Part shown: piece after piece, positions 52,723 to 64,000 of the stretch | Layout of the letters: each line of letters opens with the position of its first letter | Numbering within the stretch: position 1 is the first letter of the stretch | From: Camelus dromedarius | Lineage: Eukaryota | Assembly (NCBI RefSeq): GCF_036321535.1 | Contig: NC_087437.1 | Location: forward strand, 94,552,001-94,616,000 | Length of the DNA: 64,000 nt | Reading direction: 5' to 3' | Translations under genes and position numbers: made by a program | Notes under the pieces: generated by a model | What the model was told of the DNA's origin: nothing | The model's input: only the letters and a program-made list of their open reading frames with translations | Database searches by the model: none

Positions 52723-52885
52723 CACAGGGAAGTATACACAAAATGTTATGATAACTCACAGAGAAAAAAATGTGACAATGAGTGTGTATATGTCCATGAA
52801 TAACTGAAAAATTGTGCTGAACACTGGAATTTGACACAACATTGTAAAATGATTATAAATCAATAAAAAATGTTAAAAGAAAAAA
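52723..52885 (+). mobile_element. Very young camelid L1 3' end with perfect TSD
   Basis: Perfect 13-bp TSD aaaaggtgaatgg at 52710-52722 and 52886-52898, with poly-A. By eye, one substitution versus the 1911-2370 copy over about 155 nt. Confidence 0.96.
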
Positions 52886-53270
52886 AAAAGGTGAATGGAT
52901 TTAAATAAAAGCCTATCAAAGGATTGACACAGAGCAACCAAAGTGTTTATAGAACAATCAGAAGATTTTTTCCCCAAAAATCAATGTTAAGAATTTTTAG
53001 AAGGGAGAGAGAGCATGATGGTCGGTATCAAACATTCCCCCCAAAATCACGTGAGATAAGGACAGAAGGTCCTCCATAGATTTGGAAATTAGGGAGTTCC
53101 TGATAACCTTTAAGTGAGCATTAACAGTAGAGTGATCAGAACACTAGTTAGATTCAAATGGACTCAAGAATGACTGGTTGAAAAGAAGTGAAGGAAAATG
53201 AGAAAAAGTGATAACTAGGTGGAGAAATGAAGTCAGGAAAATAGCTTCCTTTGTTTAAAGCAGGAAAAGA

Positions 53271-53316
53271 CTGAGCCTGTTTTCAGACTAACACTGAGCC
53301 TGTTTTCAGACTAACA
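53271..53316. repeat. Perfect 23-bp tandem duplication
   Basis: ctgagcctgttttcagactaaca x2. Confidence 0.95.
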
Positions 53317-53429
53317 GAAGGAGCTCGAGAGAGCGAGAGGGTCTCATGGAACCTCAGAGAGAATGGATAATACACTGTGATGCAGTTTTTCACTCACTGG
53401 ACCGACAGATTTTTTTAAGTTTGCTTATG

Positions 53430-54068
53430 TATTCTCTTGACAAAACTGGAGAAACAGCTTCTCTTTATATTGCTCATGAGAGTGTAAATTTGTTATAGCT
53501 TCCATTTAAGGCAATAGTGGGATATTTTTCTTATGAAAAATGCACATAATCTTTTATCAGGCATCTGCACTTTGAGAAATTTAGCCTAAACTCACACATA
53601 TGTGAAACAGTGGGCACTCAAGATTATTAACTTCTTTGTATCGGACACAAATGACATATCCATCAGTAGGCAGTGAAATCAATCTATGATACATACAGAC
53701 AATTGTATAGAATGCATCTTTAAGGAAAAAAATGACTAAGCTCTCTATTTACTAATATTGAGAGATCTCCAGAACACATTATGAGAAAAAGTATAGTGCA
53801 CAGTGGTATGTATAAGCTACTGATATATTGTATATAATAAAAAAGGGAATCTCATGTTTGTTTATATAGACACAAAAGGACTATGCAAAAGTTCAAAAGT
53901 AACTAAACTAAACAGTAACCTGTGCGTGGATCACAGTGCTGGGAAGCACTGTGTGGAGATTTGGCTGGAGGGGAACAGGGGTATTTGGGAGACTTTCCAC
54001 TGAATTATTTATTATTGTCTTTTAACATTATGTGTTTTCTTGCAAAAATTTGAAAAATACATTTAAAA
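53430..54068 (+). mobile_element. L1ME-type 3' remnant
   Basis: 'ggagaaacagcttctctttatattgctcatgagagtgtaaatttg...atatccatcagtagg...gagatctccagaacacattatgagaaaaa...gggagactttccactg'. Confidence 0.7.
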
Positions 54069-57000
54069 ACATAATTGCAGGTGAGATTAGACCTTGAAGA
54101 AAGAATGAAAGAGTGAAATTAGATATAAAAAACGATTTAATCTGGTTAAGGGGGATCGCTTTCTGAAAGTAGCATTTATGCCAAGGCTTGAAGTGTAGGT
54201 AGCAGTGAGCCAGGTGAAGGGGGCGCAGGCGTATGCCCAGCAAATGAATATTCACTTACAAAGAAAATGAAGAGGCAGGCAGAGAAGAAGTGCAGACATA
54301 GAAAGCTGGACAGACAGCGGGAACACAGAAAAGAGGACAGATGGGGAGATATGTGATTCTGAAGATAAATGAAGAGAGATGGAGACAAAGGAGAGCGGAA
54401 ACACCTAGCTGTGGGTACAGAGCCAGATCAAGGATGAGAAAGGAACGTGCTTAGGGAGACAGAAAGAGGAAACACAGACTCATACCGGGAAAGAGAGGGT
54501 GAGGGGTGGGCAACCAGATGACCTGAAGGGAAATGTGCTGGGCTAATGGCAAGCTGGCATCTCTCCCATGGCTGCAAGGTCCTAGATGGCAGGGGTGACC
54601 TGTGGAACTGGGCATTAGCTGAAGGTTTAGCAGAATGCTCTGCAGTAGCTGGCACTCAGCACCTGTGGTCTTGAATGAGCAGCGAGTTCAAGAATGCAAG
54701 AATAGCATTTCTGTGTCCACTGTATTCCTATTTATGTTTGCTTTTAATCAAATATACAAATTAAAATTTAGCAGTTATGCTAATAGTAAATGTAGTTTCA
54801 GCTTGATTGTGAATTATCAGGTTTCAAAAGTGGTTATGGTGAAAAAGTAAGGTATAGAAACTGTGCATAGGGCCCTATAATTATGACCATTTTTTTTTCT
54901 TTATACACATTGACCACTTCTAGAAGGAAAACCAAATATCTGGTAACACCAAGGGAAGAAATTAGACAGTGAAAGCCAAATATGGGACAAGGATATTTTC
55001 TTTTCCCTGTAAAAGGTTAATGAGTTTTTTAGAGGATATGTGCACAGCATGTATGACTTAATGAAGGAAATATACTGATAGGAACAAAATTACAAAATAA
55101 CGTACTTGAACACATGTGAACACATCAACCAGGTACTTTTAAAAAATGGCTCCATACCGACTGGCCAGAATGATGCTTAGATATTTAATGACTCTTTTTT
55201 ATGGGATGTTACCTAATCAAAATGTGGGTCTGAACTAACGGCTACCTTGATTTTCGCTAACCTCAGTTTCAGTGAAATGAGCATGGAGCAGGACAGATCC
55301 TTGGATATGGCATTTTGAATAGACCGATAATACAACACTGAGGATATGATTTACAAATATCCATCAATATACATCTATAGGGAATTCTGAGAAGACGTTA
55401 TTATATTTCTTCAAAACAGAGTTGGAAAATATTGACAAAGAAGACCCTGGGGACACAAATTGCTAACCGCTAAAGGAATGTCTGCTGAGCAGCCACAAAC
55501 GTTGCTTCTGTGCGATGAGGTTGAGAGGAAATTTGCATCTTCATAATACGTGTTACATGAAAAACAGAGCCCCTTTCACATGCCAGCTTAGCTATTCAGG
55601 CTTTCTTATCTTCTGTCTGGAATACTGCCTAGTAAGAATAGGAAATTCTTCATTCAGTTTGCCAATTATATCTGCCATGTGCAGGCAACACAGAGCACTG
55701 GCGAACATTCAGAAGCCTGCAGATTGAATTCATTGGTGGAGGATGGTCATCTTTGTTCAGCAATCCAGGAAGCTTTGCTGGCTTTAATAATACATGAGGA
55801 GGCATGGGGAGAAGACTGCGCTGGGCTGTTTTTCAGGCTCTTGTGTTGACTGCATGCATGCTGCCGTGAGCCACGAAGGGTCCCATCTCCAGGGTCTGTT
55901 TGGAAGGGGAAGTGAGAAAACAAGGCTTAGAAAAATTCACATTTAGTAGAGTGAACCGCTTTTGTGATCAAAAATACTCAGGAAGGAATAGTACGACTGT
56001 GGCCAAGGATTTATATGAATCCTACAGAAACGTTTCTCTACCATGGTGAGATGAGAAAATGCAGTTAAGAATGTGATCACATAGCTTTAAAAATTGGCTT
56101 AATAATGAAACACTTTTGATATAGAGAAAAGGAACTTTAAGAACAAAAGCATGTTCCTTTACAGTCTATAAAAGTTCAATGAGTAGTTCAAAATATTAAG
56201 TGTATATTTTAAGTGTGTACATTTTAGCCTCTGTGTATGAATTTGCTGAATATACAGATTAAGCCAAAAATGTCATTTCTCATTCTTTAGTGCTGAGTAT
56301 TACATATTTCTAGGGACCAAACAGCCAACATAACATGGAAATCCTTACAGGTTCGTAAACACGCACACAGACACACACACCAATAGATTGAAGGTTTTCC
56401 AGTGATAATGGGGTATCGGGCATTAATCCCTCTAACACTAGACTCTGTGTCCAGTGCTCTGGAAAAGGGATGGAAAATTCAGATGCCTTCATGCCCTTTT
56501 GAAGAGGATTAAGTATAAGACAACAGAGGGTGTGTGGACCCCAACAAACGAAACACTGGATCCCAGCCCAAAGCATTAAAAAACAAAAGAGGTAACACAC
56601 ATATTGGCTAAATTGAACTTTTAACAGGTCAGTCATGTCCACCACTTTGCTGTCACAGCTTGAACATACTTCTGCTTTTTCTGAATTCTTCAAGAAACAC
56701 CTTGAAAGGAGCAGACTATACCATGCTGTAAGAATATCAGAGGAACTCGTCTGACCCCTCCACCACACCTCCCCCTCATAGATCTGAGTTAAATGTGCTT
56801 TTTTGGGAATTGAGACCACAAATAAGTGATGAGCTCTGTTCCCTTCCTCTCCTCTCCAAAAAAGCTCTCTCTTTCTCATCTCAGTCATCAGCCTTGACCT
56901 GCCTCCTTCCGTGTTCCTGTCTGCCCCAGCTCCCATCCTAGAAGGCTCTCTTTCTCTCCGTCTCCCACCCATACCCACCAGTCCCACTTCCCTATGGGCG

Positions 57001-58609
57001 CCACTGTCCCAAAAACAGGGGCGATGCATAGCATCATGATGAGAGGTGGTGGCTAAAGGTCGTGGCCTAGAGAACAAAAAGGCTTTGATCTCAGTGGCGT
57101 TCATCAGGGAAAACAGAAGCAGTTCTCAGTGAGCCTTATATCTACCATGTGCTAGGCAGGACTGTTTTCTCCTCAAGCTTCTAAAATACCTGCATTCAAA
57201 AACTCGTCACTTTGGGCCCTTTTAGCAACATAATTTTGCCAGAGAGGTATCCCAATTTGCTACTGAATTTCATGTAAATGAAATAATTAATCCTATCTTT
57301 AAAAATCACTACTCTATATAAGTTGACAAACGGCTAAACCCAAGCATAAGCAATCTTAGGCCCAGAGAATGGGATTTCTCTTCTTTACCATGGTTATTTC
57401 AGGTTATTCTTATTAAATTTTCTTCAGTGTAAATGCTGACTCTGACAAGGCAACATTCTCCTTGGCTTTTGTAGGTCAAAAAATGACTTAATCATTCTAT
57501 AAAGATGTCATTATGAATGGAATTACTTCTCAGTTATGTAGTGAGTCTCGTGATTTTATGAGAAGGTGGGATGCGGGGGGCTTGTGTGAGAAGAGTAATT
57601 TAATTACTTTTCCTGTAACTGAAGGTATGGTTTGCGTTCCTGATATTCATTTTTAGTGCAATGTTTTTTTCTCTGTTGATGTTCCCTGTAACTTAAAGAT
57701 TATTTTATTTAAAAGATGGTGGAGCCTTATTATTTCTCCTGAGGAAAATACATTAAAATACTTATATTTGTTTATGGATATGTAGATGGAGTTTTACATA
57801 TTCTAGTTACTTTAAGTCATTTCTGTGGTAGAGTATACAATATTTTATTACATTTTAAAGTATCTCCTTATAAAATGTGAGACCTAAAATTCCACAGATC
57901 AGTCAGAACTCTCCAAAAACGGTTTCGTATGCTCCATTAAATACAGTGTTGATTTGTTTGCTGATATTTCCTTTTGGTTATTTGTTATCTTCCATGGGAT
58001 TTTCTGATGTCTCCTAGAATTTCACAGATCAGTAATCTGAAATGAGATTTTGATGTTCAAAGCCCAGGTCCTCTGCTAGATATTAAATATTCCATGTGAA
58101 GGTCAGGCGAGGGTTGATTCATGGTGCTTGATACAAACAGCAGCTTTCAGTCCCTTTCCATCAGGATTTCTTTCCTTTTTTCTTTCTTTGCCTAAATAAT
58201 GGGCAGTTTACCTTAGAAGATCTGCTTTTTGCATTATTGAGGAAAGGCATATCTTATTTTCTAAGGAAAACTTTGGAAGGCTTGGACTAAAATCCTGCAC
58301 TGTGTATTTTGTTTTTATGGTACTGTTTATAGTTTGGGACCATTTAGTTCTGAGGTGAATGTCTAACGCCAGGTTTTTTCTGTAAGTTCCCAGTCTTTTG
58401 TTTATTTCTCTTTCTTCAGTGTGATGCCAATTTTTTTTTTGTCTTGGAATATATTATTCTATTGTGATGATAGTAATTAAAGTCTATGTGATGAAATATT
58501 TCCTGTTTAGGAAAAGGATATTATCCTTAACATTTGTTTGGTTTATTACCTTTTGTAAGGTCAGTTCACAATAAAACTCCAATTTTAGGAAAGGAGTGAG
58601 ATATAGCAT

Positions 58610-58800
58610 AGAGAATTCTAGCAGCAGAAGACTTAATTACCCCTTATTATGAAGGACCTTGGGCAAATCACCAAGATTCTCAGAACTTCTTTTCCCCATC
58701 TTTGAAAATAAGGTCAGAGCATCCAGCTGCCTCACGGGTTAGAGAACAAAGTTAATTAGTATAGGCAAACCCCCTTGAAATAGGTAAACTAAAATAAATA
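58610..58800 (+). mobile_element. MIR remnant
   Basis: 'gaccttgggcaaatcaccaagattctcagaacttcttttccccatctttgaaaataagg'. Confidence 0.6.
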
Positions 58801-58890
58801 TGGAAGGTATTCTAATTTTTCAAGTTAAGGCATAATCACAAAACAGACAAATTTTGGATATGAGATGACTCATAATTGACTTCAATATAG

Positions 58891-58988
58891 TTTTTTTCCA
58901 TAGTTTATAAAACCTTGGTGGGATTTTTGATAGTTTATAAATATCTCTTTTTTTTTTTCATAGTTTATAAAACCTTGGTGGGACTTTT
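58891..58988. repeat. About 38-bp direct duplication at 60-bp period with an internal partial third copy
   Basis: catagtttataaaaccttggtggga occurs twice. atagtttataaa is repeated again between the two copies. Confidence 0.9.
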
Positions 58989-59309
58989 CAGTTCACGTTA
59001 GCCATGATCACATAAAAATACTATCCGTTGGCGTCATCTCTTTTTCAGAGTCTGCCCACACATTTGTGTGATATAAAGAGCTTAATTTCTTTTGTTGCAC
59101 AGACATTTCAGAATTTACACAGATTTTACTTTCTCCCTGTTTATTTGATTCTGTTTGGGAGATTTGGAAATCAGGGGCGATACTTTTTTCGTAGAAGAGA
59201 ATGATCTAATCACTGCAATTGGCTATGGATGGCTGGAGTCATAAAGGAACTTAACCTCCAACTCACTCATCCAAAAGACGAAAGGAAGAGGAAAGGGTGT
59301 TCAAAATAA

Positions 59310-59575
59310 CCAGGTACTCAGACCTGGGTATCTGGCTGTTGATTTCAGGAATGTAAACGGTCAGACCTAATTTTCTATCTTGTACCCATTTCCTGCGTGA
59401 ATGATCTTAAAGATTACCTATTCCTTCTGAGCATCAATATACTTTTTTGTTTGTTTATTTTTTGTTTTGATTAGGGGTTGTAATAGTTCATACCTCAGAT
59501 GCTTTATGTCACAATACATCTTTGCACAATGCATGTATCATGATACATAGTAAATATTCCATAAATGGGAAAAAT
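59310..59575 (+). mobile_element. MIR remnant
   Basis: 'tcagacctaattttc...gcgtgaatgatcttaaagattacctattccttctgagcatc...taatagttcatacctcag...catagtaaatattccataaatg'. Confidence 0.55.
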
Positions 59576-60969
59576 ACTATGACCTCAAGGTGTACACCCT
59601 ACAGTGGAAATCAGCTGATTTATGATTAACAATAAGCAAGATTAGCAAAATAGCCACAGTTCAAGTCTGTTTTTCACAGAAATACATTAATGTGGTTTAT
59701 GGAGGGAGGTTAAGACCAAGGAAGAGTTTATTCAACATTGCAACCTAGTACTGGTAGTTCAGAAACCAGATGTACTCAGGGCTTGTTATGTGTCCAGCTT
59801 GTGCTAAGAGCTGGGCAAAGTTAAGCAAGAAAATGTGTGTAGTCTGGTATGTAAGAGAAACAAATAATCACATAAATGAATATATAATTACAAATTTGTA
59901 TATGCAATAAAGGGGAAAAGATGAAATAGTGGAAAATTCAAGATTATTCCTAGAATTATACTGTACATGACCAATCAGAGAATGAACTTTCAGAATATTG
60001 AAATTCTGAGTTTCCTAAAAGCACCAAACCCCAGAAGCTTCTTCAAGTAGGATGCAGTCTGTAGACTAGCTTTGAAGTAAACAAGAGACCACATTTAAAA
60101 TGAACATAAACAAGAACTTTAAAAGGAAAGGTGTTTAAACTACAGCAAGTGAGATTTAATCCAGCCATAAATACTGTTAATTACTGAAATTTGGCTGCCT
60201 TCCTGGAAAAAAAGTAAAATAGAACCAGTCATAATAACAGGGTATGTTGGACTAATTCTTTCAGAGGAAGAAGACAAGTCTAGGTGACTGCTTCAAGATA
60301 ATTCTCATTTCATGATAGAAGTAACTCCTCAAAATAACATTTTATCTTTTTGTAATAAATTAGCTATGTATCACTACATGTAGATGTTACATTTGCTAAG
60401 GAATTTCTATCATATTATTAAAAATAGTTAAAGCTACTAAAAGTATCCTGAGAAAAAAAATTACTCTTTTCTTCAAATGTGCATTCTTTTCAACTCTGCT
60501 ATAGGACATTTATGCTTTGCTTTATCAGCTTCTTCCTTAAATGAAAACTTTGGATTCTAATAAAAGTAAGCTGAATTATTATATGTGAATAAAGCATATG
60601 TATTATGAATCACTGGTTGTTTACAAAATAAGAGGATCTGTGTAATTCACTTGACCAGCCTCCAACAAAAACTATGCTAAATGCAAGTGTACTCGTTTTG
60701 ATGAGTGAAATCCAACTGCTTTATTTATAACTTTGATTTTTTTTTCTTAGAGTTAATTAGAAAACTGGAACTAGATACTGCATTTTCTTTTGTTATACTA
60801 ACACAAGTTTTAATTAGAAGATACTTTCTGAGAATTCTTATTTGGGATAATGAAGACCTATATTTTTTGTGGAAATTTCTTTTATTTAAACAATATAAAA
60901 GTGTTGATCAGACTGTTTGTGTTCTCTTGAGCAATGACAGTTCAAAGGCTATATACAGCTTTGTTAACA

Positions 60970-61327
60970 TGGATATCAGTTTACTACGGCTGCCATATAA
61001 AGTACCACAGATTGGGTGGTTTAACCAGGGAAATTCATTTTTTACAACTCTGGAGACCAGACGTCTAAGATCGAGGTGTTGATAGGGTTGGTTTCTTCTA
61101 GATCTTCCTCCCTGATTTCTACATGCCTGTCTCCTCTGTGTGACTGTGTGCTAATTTCCTCTTCTTACAAGGACACCAGTCATATGAATTAGAGCCCTTC
61201 CTAAAGGAACTTACTTTAATGTAAGCACTACTTTAAAGACGTTACCTCCAAATACAGTCACATTCAGAGGTAATGAGGGTTAGGGCTTCAACATATGGAT
61301 TTAGAGGGACACAATTCAGCCCATGCA
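60970..61327 (-). mobile_element. MLT1B/C-like solo LTR
   Basis: 'ggctgccatataaagtaccacagattgggtggttt...tcttcttacaaggacaccagtcat...ctccaaatacagtcacattcagagg...gggacacaattcagcccatgca'. Confidence 0.9.
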
Positions 61328-62399
61328 CTGTGGCTTTTGGTAAAGTACTTTCATCAATATTACTAAAAATTATTACTTAAAAAAATTAAAAATTGGTAAA
61401 TCCATAACCTTACCCACTTACACCATAGAATTATACCCATGTTGTTTCAAAGAAACTAACATGTGGCTATACATGGATTTACAGAGTTAAAAATGTTCAG
61501 AGACCAATTTTTCTCTGTGACAAACACAAAGTGTTTAAAAGGTCAGCTAAAAACTCTTCCATCCCTCTAATTTTCAAAATACAAGGAATGCACAATTGGA
61601 GAGATGGTTGAATGGCTCTGAAAATCTTCCTTACAAATTTATCACCTTTTGCTCTACCCTGTCCTGCAGCATCATGATTTCCTAATGTGAATGCACAAAT
61701 AAGCAAGTAAATCCCTCCTCACCTTGATTTCTAGTCGTCTGGGTAGCATTCGTAATAGTTGGAGACCAAATACATCCAGAATTCCTTAAATTAGAACTGA
61801 AACATGTATCTCTGCAGCTGCTAACCCAAAGTCCACTGGAAGATTTTAGATGATGCTCTACAATTTTACACAGTCCTCTCCCCAGACCACTCTCTGCAGA
61901 GAAGCCTGCACTGTGTGTGCCTGGGGCTCCGGCACGGCCGTGCTCTCAGTCTGTAGCCACCTTGGTAGGTGGCTGCTTCTGAGCTACATTTTCATCAAGG
62001 AGTCCACTTTCAAGCTGTCATACTAGATTTGAAATGATGTAGTCTTAGTTTTGTGCACCATCGTGTCACTCACTCTTATTTTTAACAAACGGGTTAATGG
62101 TCTCTAAGTAGTATTGCAGGGGTGATGATCTAACACCAGCCTTCATCTCATTATGTAAAACAGTACCAGGTCTCCAGAGAAGCTCTAGAAGTATGAGCTG
62201 ATTGATGGGATGACTGTCACTCCCAGAATGTAGGTGATCCTGCATAAAATAAGAACGCCGAGTACAACACCGGACACAGAAGTGCCTTGTTTTAACCTTC
62301 CATGAACTCGGGAACTGATCACGTGTGAGGCTTAGCTGTGTGGTTAAGGATAACAAATTCAAATTCTTTACTCACCAGTTTTGTGCTTTCACTTACCTA

Positions 62400-63350
62400 A
62401 AGTTCAGGAGCTGCGTGTATGTCTCCACAGCACTTGAAACTCAGCATATTCAAAACCAAACTCATTGATTCTTTCTTAAAATTGCTTCCTCTCATTATTT
62501 TCTTATTTTTCTCCGAAACTTTAGTGTTGGCATCTCATGGGCTGCATTTGACCCATTTTCTTTGTTTCTACTTTCAATCTACTGATAAATTCTGATTATT
62601 CTGTCTTCAGGATCATTTCTGTTCCACCTTCTTTTCTCATCCTACATGCTGGTTAGAGGTCTTACTATTTGTCATCCATATATTTAATTAAATTACTATT
62701 ACTGTCTCCAGTCTTCTTCTATTTCAGTTCCTCCTCATGGCCATGAAAGACTTTTCATTTTGCAAAGCAAATATCTAATCATGGAATCTCAACATACTCG
62801 CCATATTACGAACAGTCAAATGATAATAATGACATTAATAATAAAAACAAAGCCCTCTGCAACCCCTCTTTTTGTCTGAATAAAATCCTGATTCTTTGTT
62901 CACTCACTAAGACATTCTTCCAGCTTCTCTCTAAATGTTTCCAGTCAGTAACCCTCTTACTCTAGTTTCCACCTTGTCCTACGTGAGCCAGTTACTGTTC
63001 TCCAGATGCCGCTGATCATCCCTTTGTGCACTTGACCACACTGTTCCTATGGCCTGCAACCCCCCTTACCCAGACCTACCTGCCATACTCATCCTTCAAG
63101 ATGTATCTCAGATGCTGACTCTTCTCTGCAATTGTATCTGAAAATCACAACCATAAGTAACCCCATCATTCTGTAAACCCACCACTGTGTACGTGACTGA
63201 CAGCAATCTCTCCCATGTCACGGGTGTCTACCTGTTTGAGCCACTTTCCTAGAGAGTAAATCTGTGGACAGCATCATCTCTGCCTCCTCTTCATCTTCAT
63301 TGCCCCTTATGCCTTTTCTCCAGTAGATAGACTGTTGATGAACAAGATAT
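62400..63350 (+). mobile_element. L2 remnant
   Basis: 'cacttgaaactcagcatattcaaaaccaaactcatt...ctgttcctatggcctgcaac...tactcatccttcaagatgtatctcagatgc'. Confidence 0.7.
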
Positions 63351-63450
63351 TGCAAACTATTCTAAACTAGAGTAATTATTCTTGTTATTAAGCAGCCCCT
63401 TCATTTTTCTCTCCAAACCAAACCACCAATTTTTGTCTGCTGAGATGAGG

Positions 63451-63580
63451 CCCCCACCCCTCGCTTTCTCACTCTCTTTCCTTTTTCTTCTCCTCCTCCT
63501 CCTCTTTCTTCTGTTCTTTCTCCTTCTCCTCCCCTTCTCTTCCTCCTCTCTCTCTCCTGTTTCTTCTTCTTCTTCTTTGC
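63451..63580. repeat. Polypyrimidine/polypurine (CT-rich) low-complexity tract
   Basis: About 130 nt almost entirely C/T, with (CTC)n and (CTT)n units. Confidence 0.9.
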
Positions 63581-63951
63581 TAGGAGATTGAAAAGGATCC
63601 AAATGGAACAAGAAAGTCAATTAAAAAGAAAGGAATCATATATAGAAAGAAATTTAATAAATTAGAATGTCTTTGGAGATTAATTTTTTTTCATTAATGA
63701 TGACTCTTTATGCAGCAAATTCACACTAATTCCACCTCAACAATGGATTACACAGGAGTTCATTTCAATATAAGAAGATAGTTTTCACAAAATTGAATAT
63801 TTAAAAGGTTATTATAGGGAGGTACTCAGCACGTTAAAGTATTTTAAGAGCTATAAAGTGGAATGTGTGTCCTATTACAATTATATAAGTTTGTCTTACT
63901 GAATAGAGAAAGTTATACCAAAACTTCAAAGGCTTTACCAGGCATCTCTTG

Positions 63952-63988
63952 CACACATATGCACACACACACGCACACACACACACAC
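63952..63988. repeat. Imperfect (CA)n microsatellite
   Basis: CA run with interruptions. Confidence 0.9.
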
Positions 63989-64000
63989 GAGAAAGAGAAA

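Larger units (their letters stand above)
52540..53330 (-). mobile_element. L2 remnant interrupted by a young L1
   Basis: 'tgggctggaggtaaagatttgggg...' continues after the L1 as 'gtgagataaggacagaag...atagatttggaaattagggagttcctgataacctt...agtagagtga'. Confidence 0.7.

Noticed and set aside
54577..54593. CTCF-like CCTAGATGGCAG
   Set aside because: It lacks the 5' CCA/CCG part of the core.
60705..61082. 125-aa ORF
   Set aside because: GTG start, AT-rich composition, and it runs into an MLT1 LTR.
62074..62239. 166-nt minus-strand exon candidate inside the 98-aa ORF
   Set aside because: The acceptor is plausible but the donor AGA|GTGAGT is weak, there is no recognisable protein and no partner exons.
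63357..63620. Glu/Arg/Lys-rich and Leu/Ser-rich ORFs
   Set aside because: Translation of a CT/GA low-complexity tract.
1..64000. Host-gene orientation from repeat strand bias; CRISPR or other prokaryotic systems
   Set aside because: L1 and LTR copies occur on both strands in similar numbers, so no orientation can be inferred. There are no regularly spaced repeats or operon-like ORFs, and the DNA is mammalian.

Overview
AT-rich, CpG-depleted mammalian non-coding DNA, either a large intron or a gene desert. It is most likely camelid: it carries two tRNA-Ala-like vic-1-type SINEs and several young L1 3' ends of a type I recognise as camelid. I found no protein-coding gene, RNA gene or pseudogene that I can name. 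The window holds a layered repeat record: young and intermediate 5'-truncated L1 3' ends (mostly with visible target-site duplications), one twin-primed inverted L1MA-type copy, old L1ME, L2 and MIR fragments, MLT1 solo LTRs and small DNA-transposon relics. Between the repeats are unique stretches with enhancer-like motif clusters. The best leads are: a shared 5' truncation point in five independent L1 insertions; a very young L1 pair; a CpG-retaining ESRR/NR5A plus octamer element; divergent CTCF motifs around a candidate exon; a promoter-like G4/hairpin island; a 27-nt microexon candidate; and an unexplained 264-codon ORF. None of these is demonstrably a new biological system. Repeat subfamily names come from memory of consensus sequences, not from a database search, and boundaries of old repeats are approximate.
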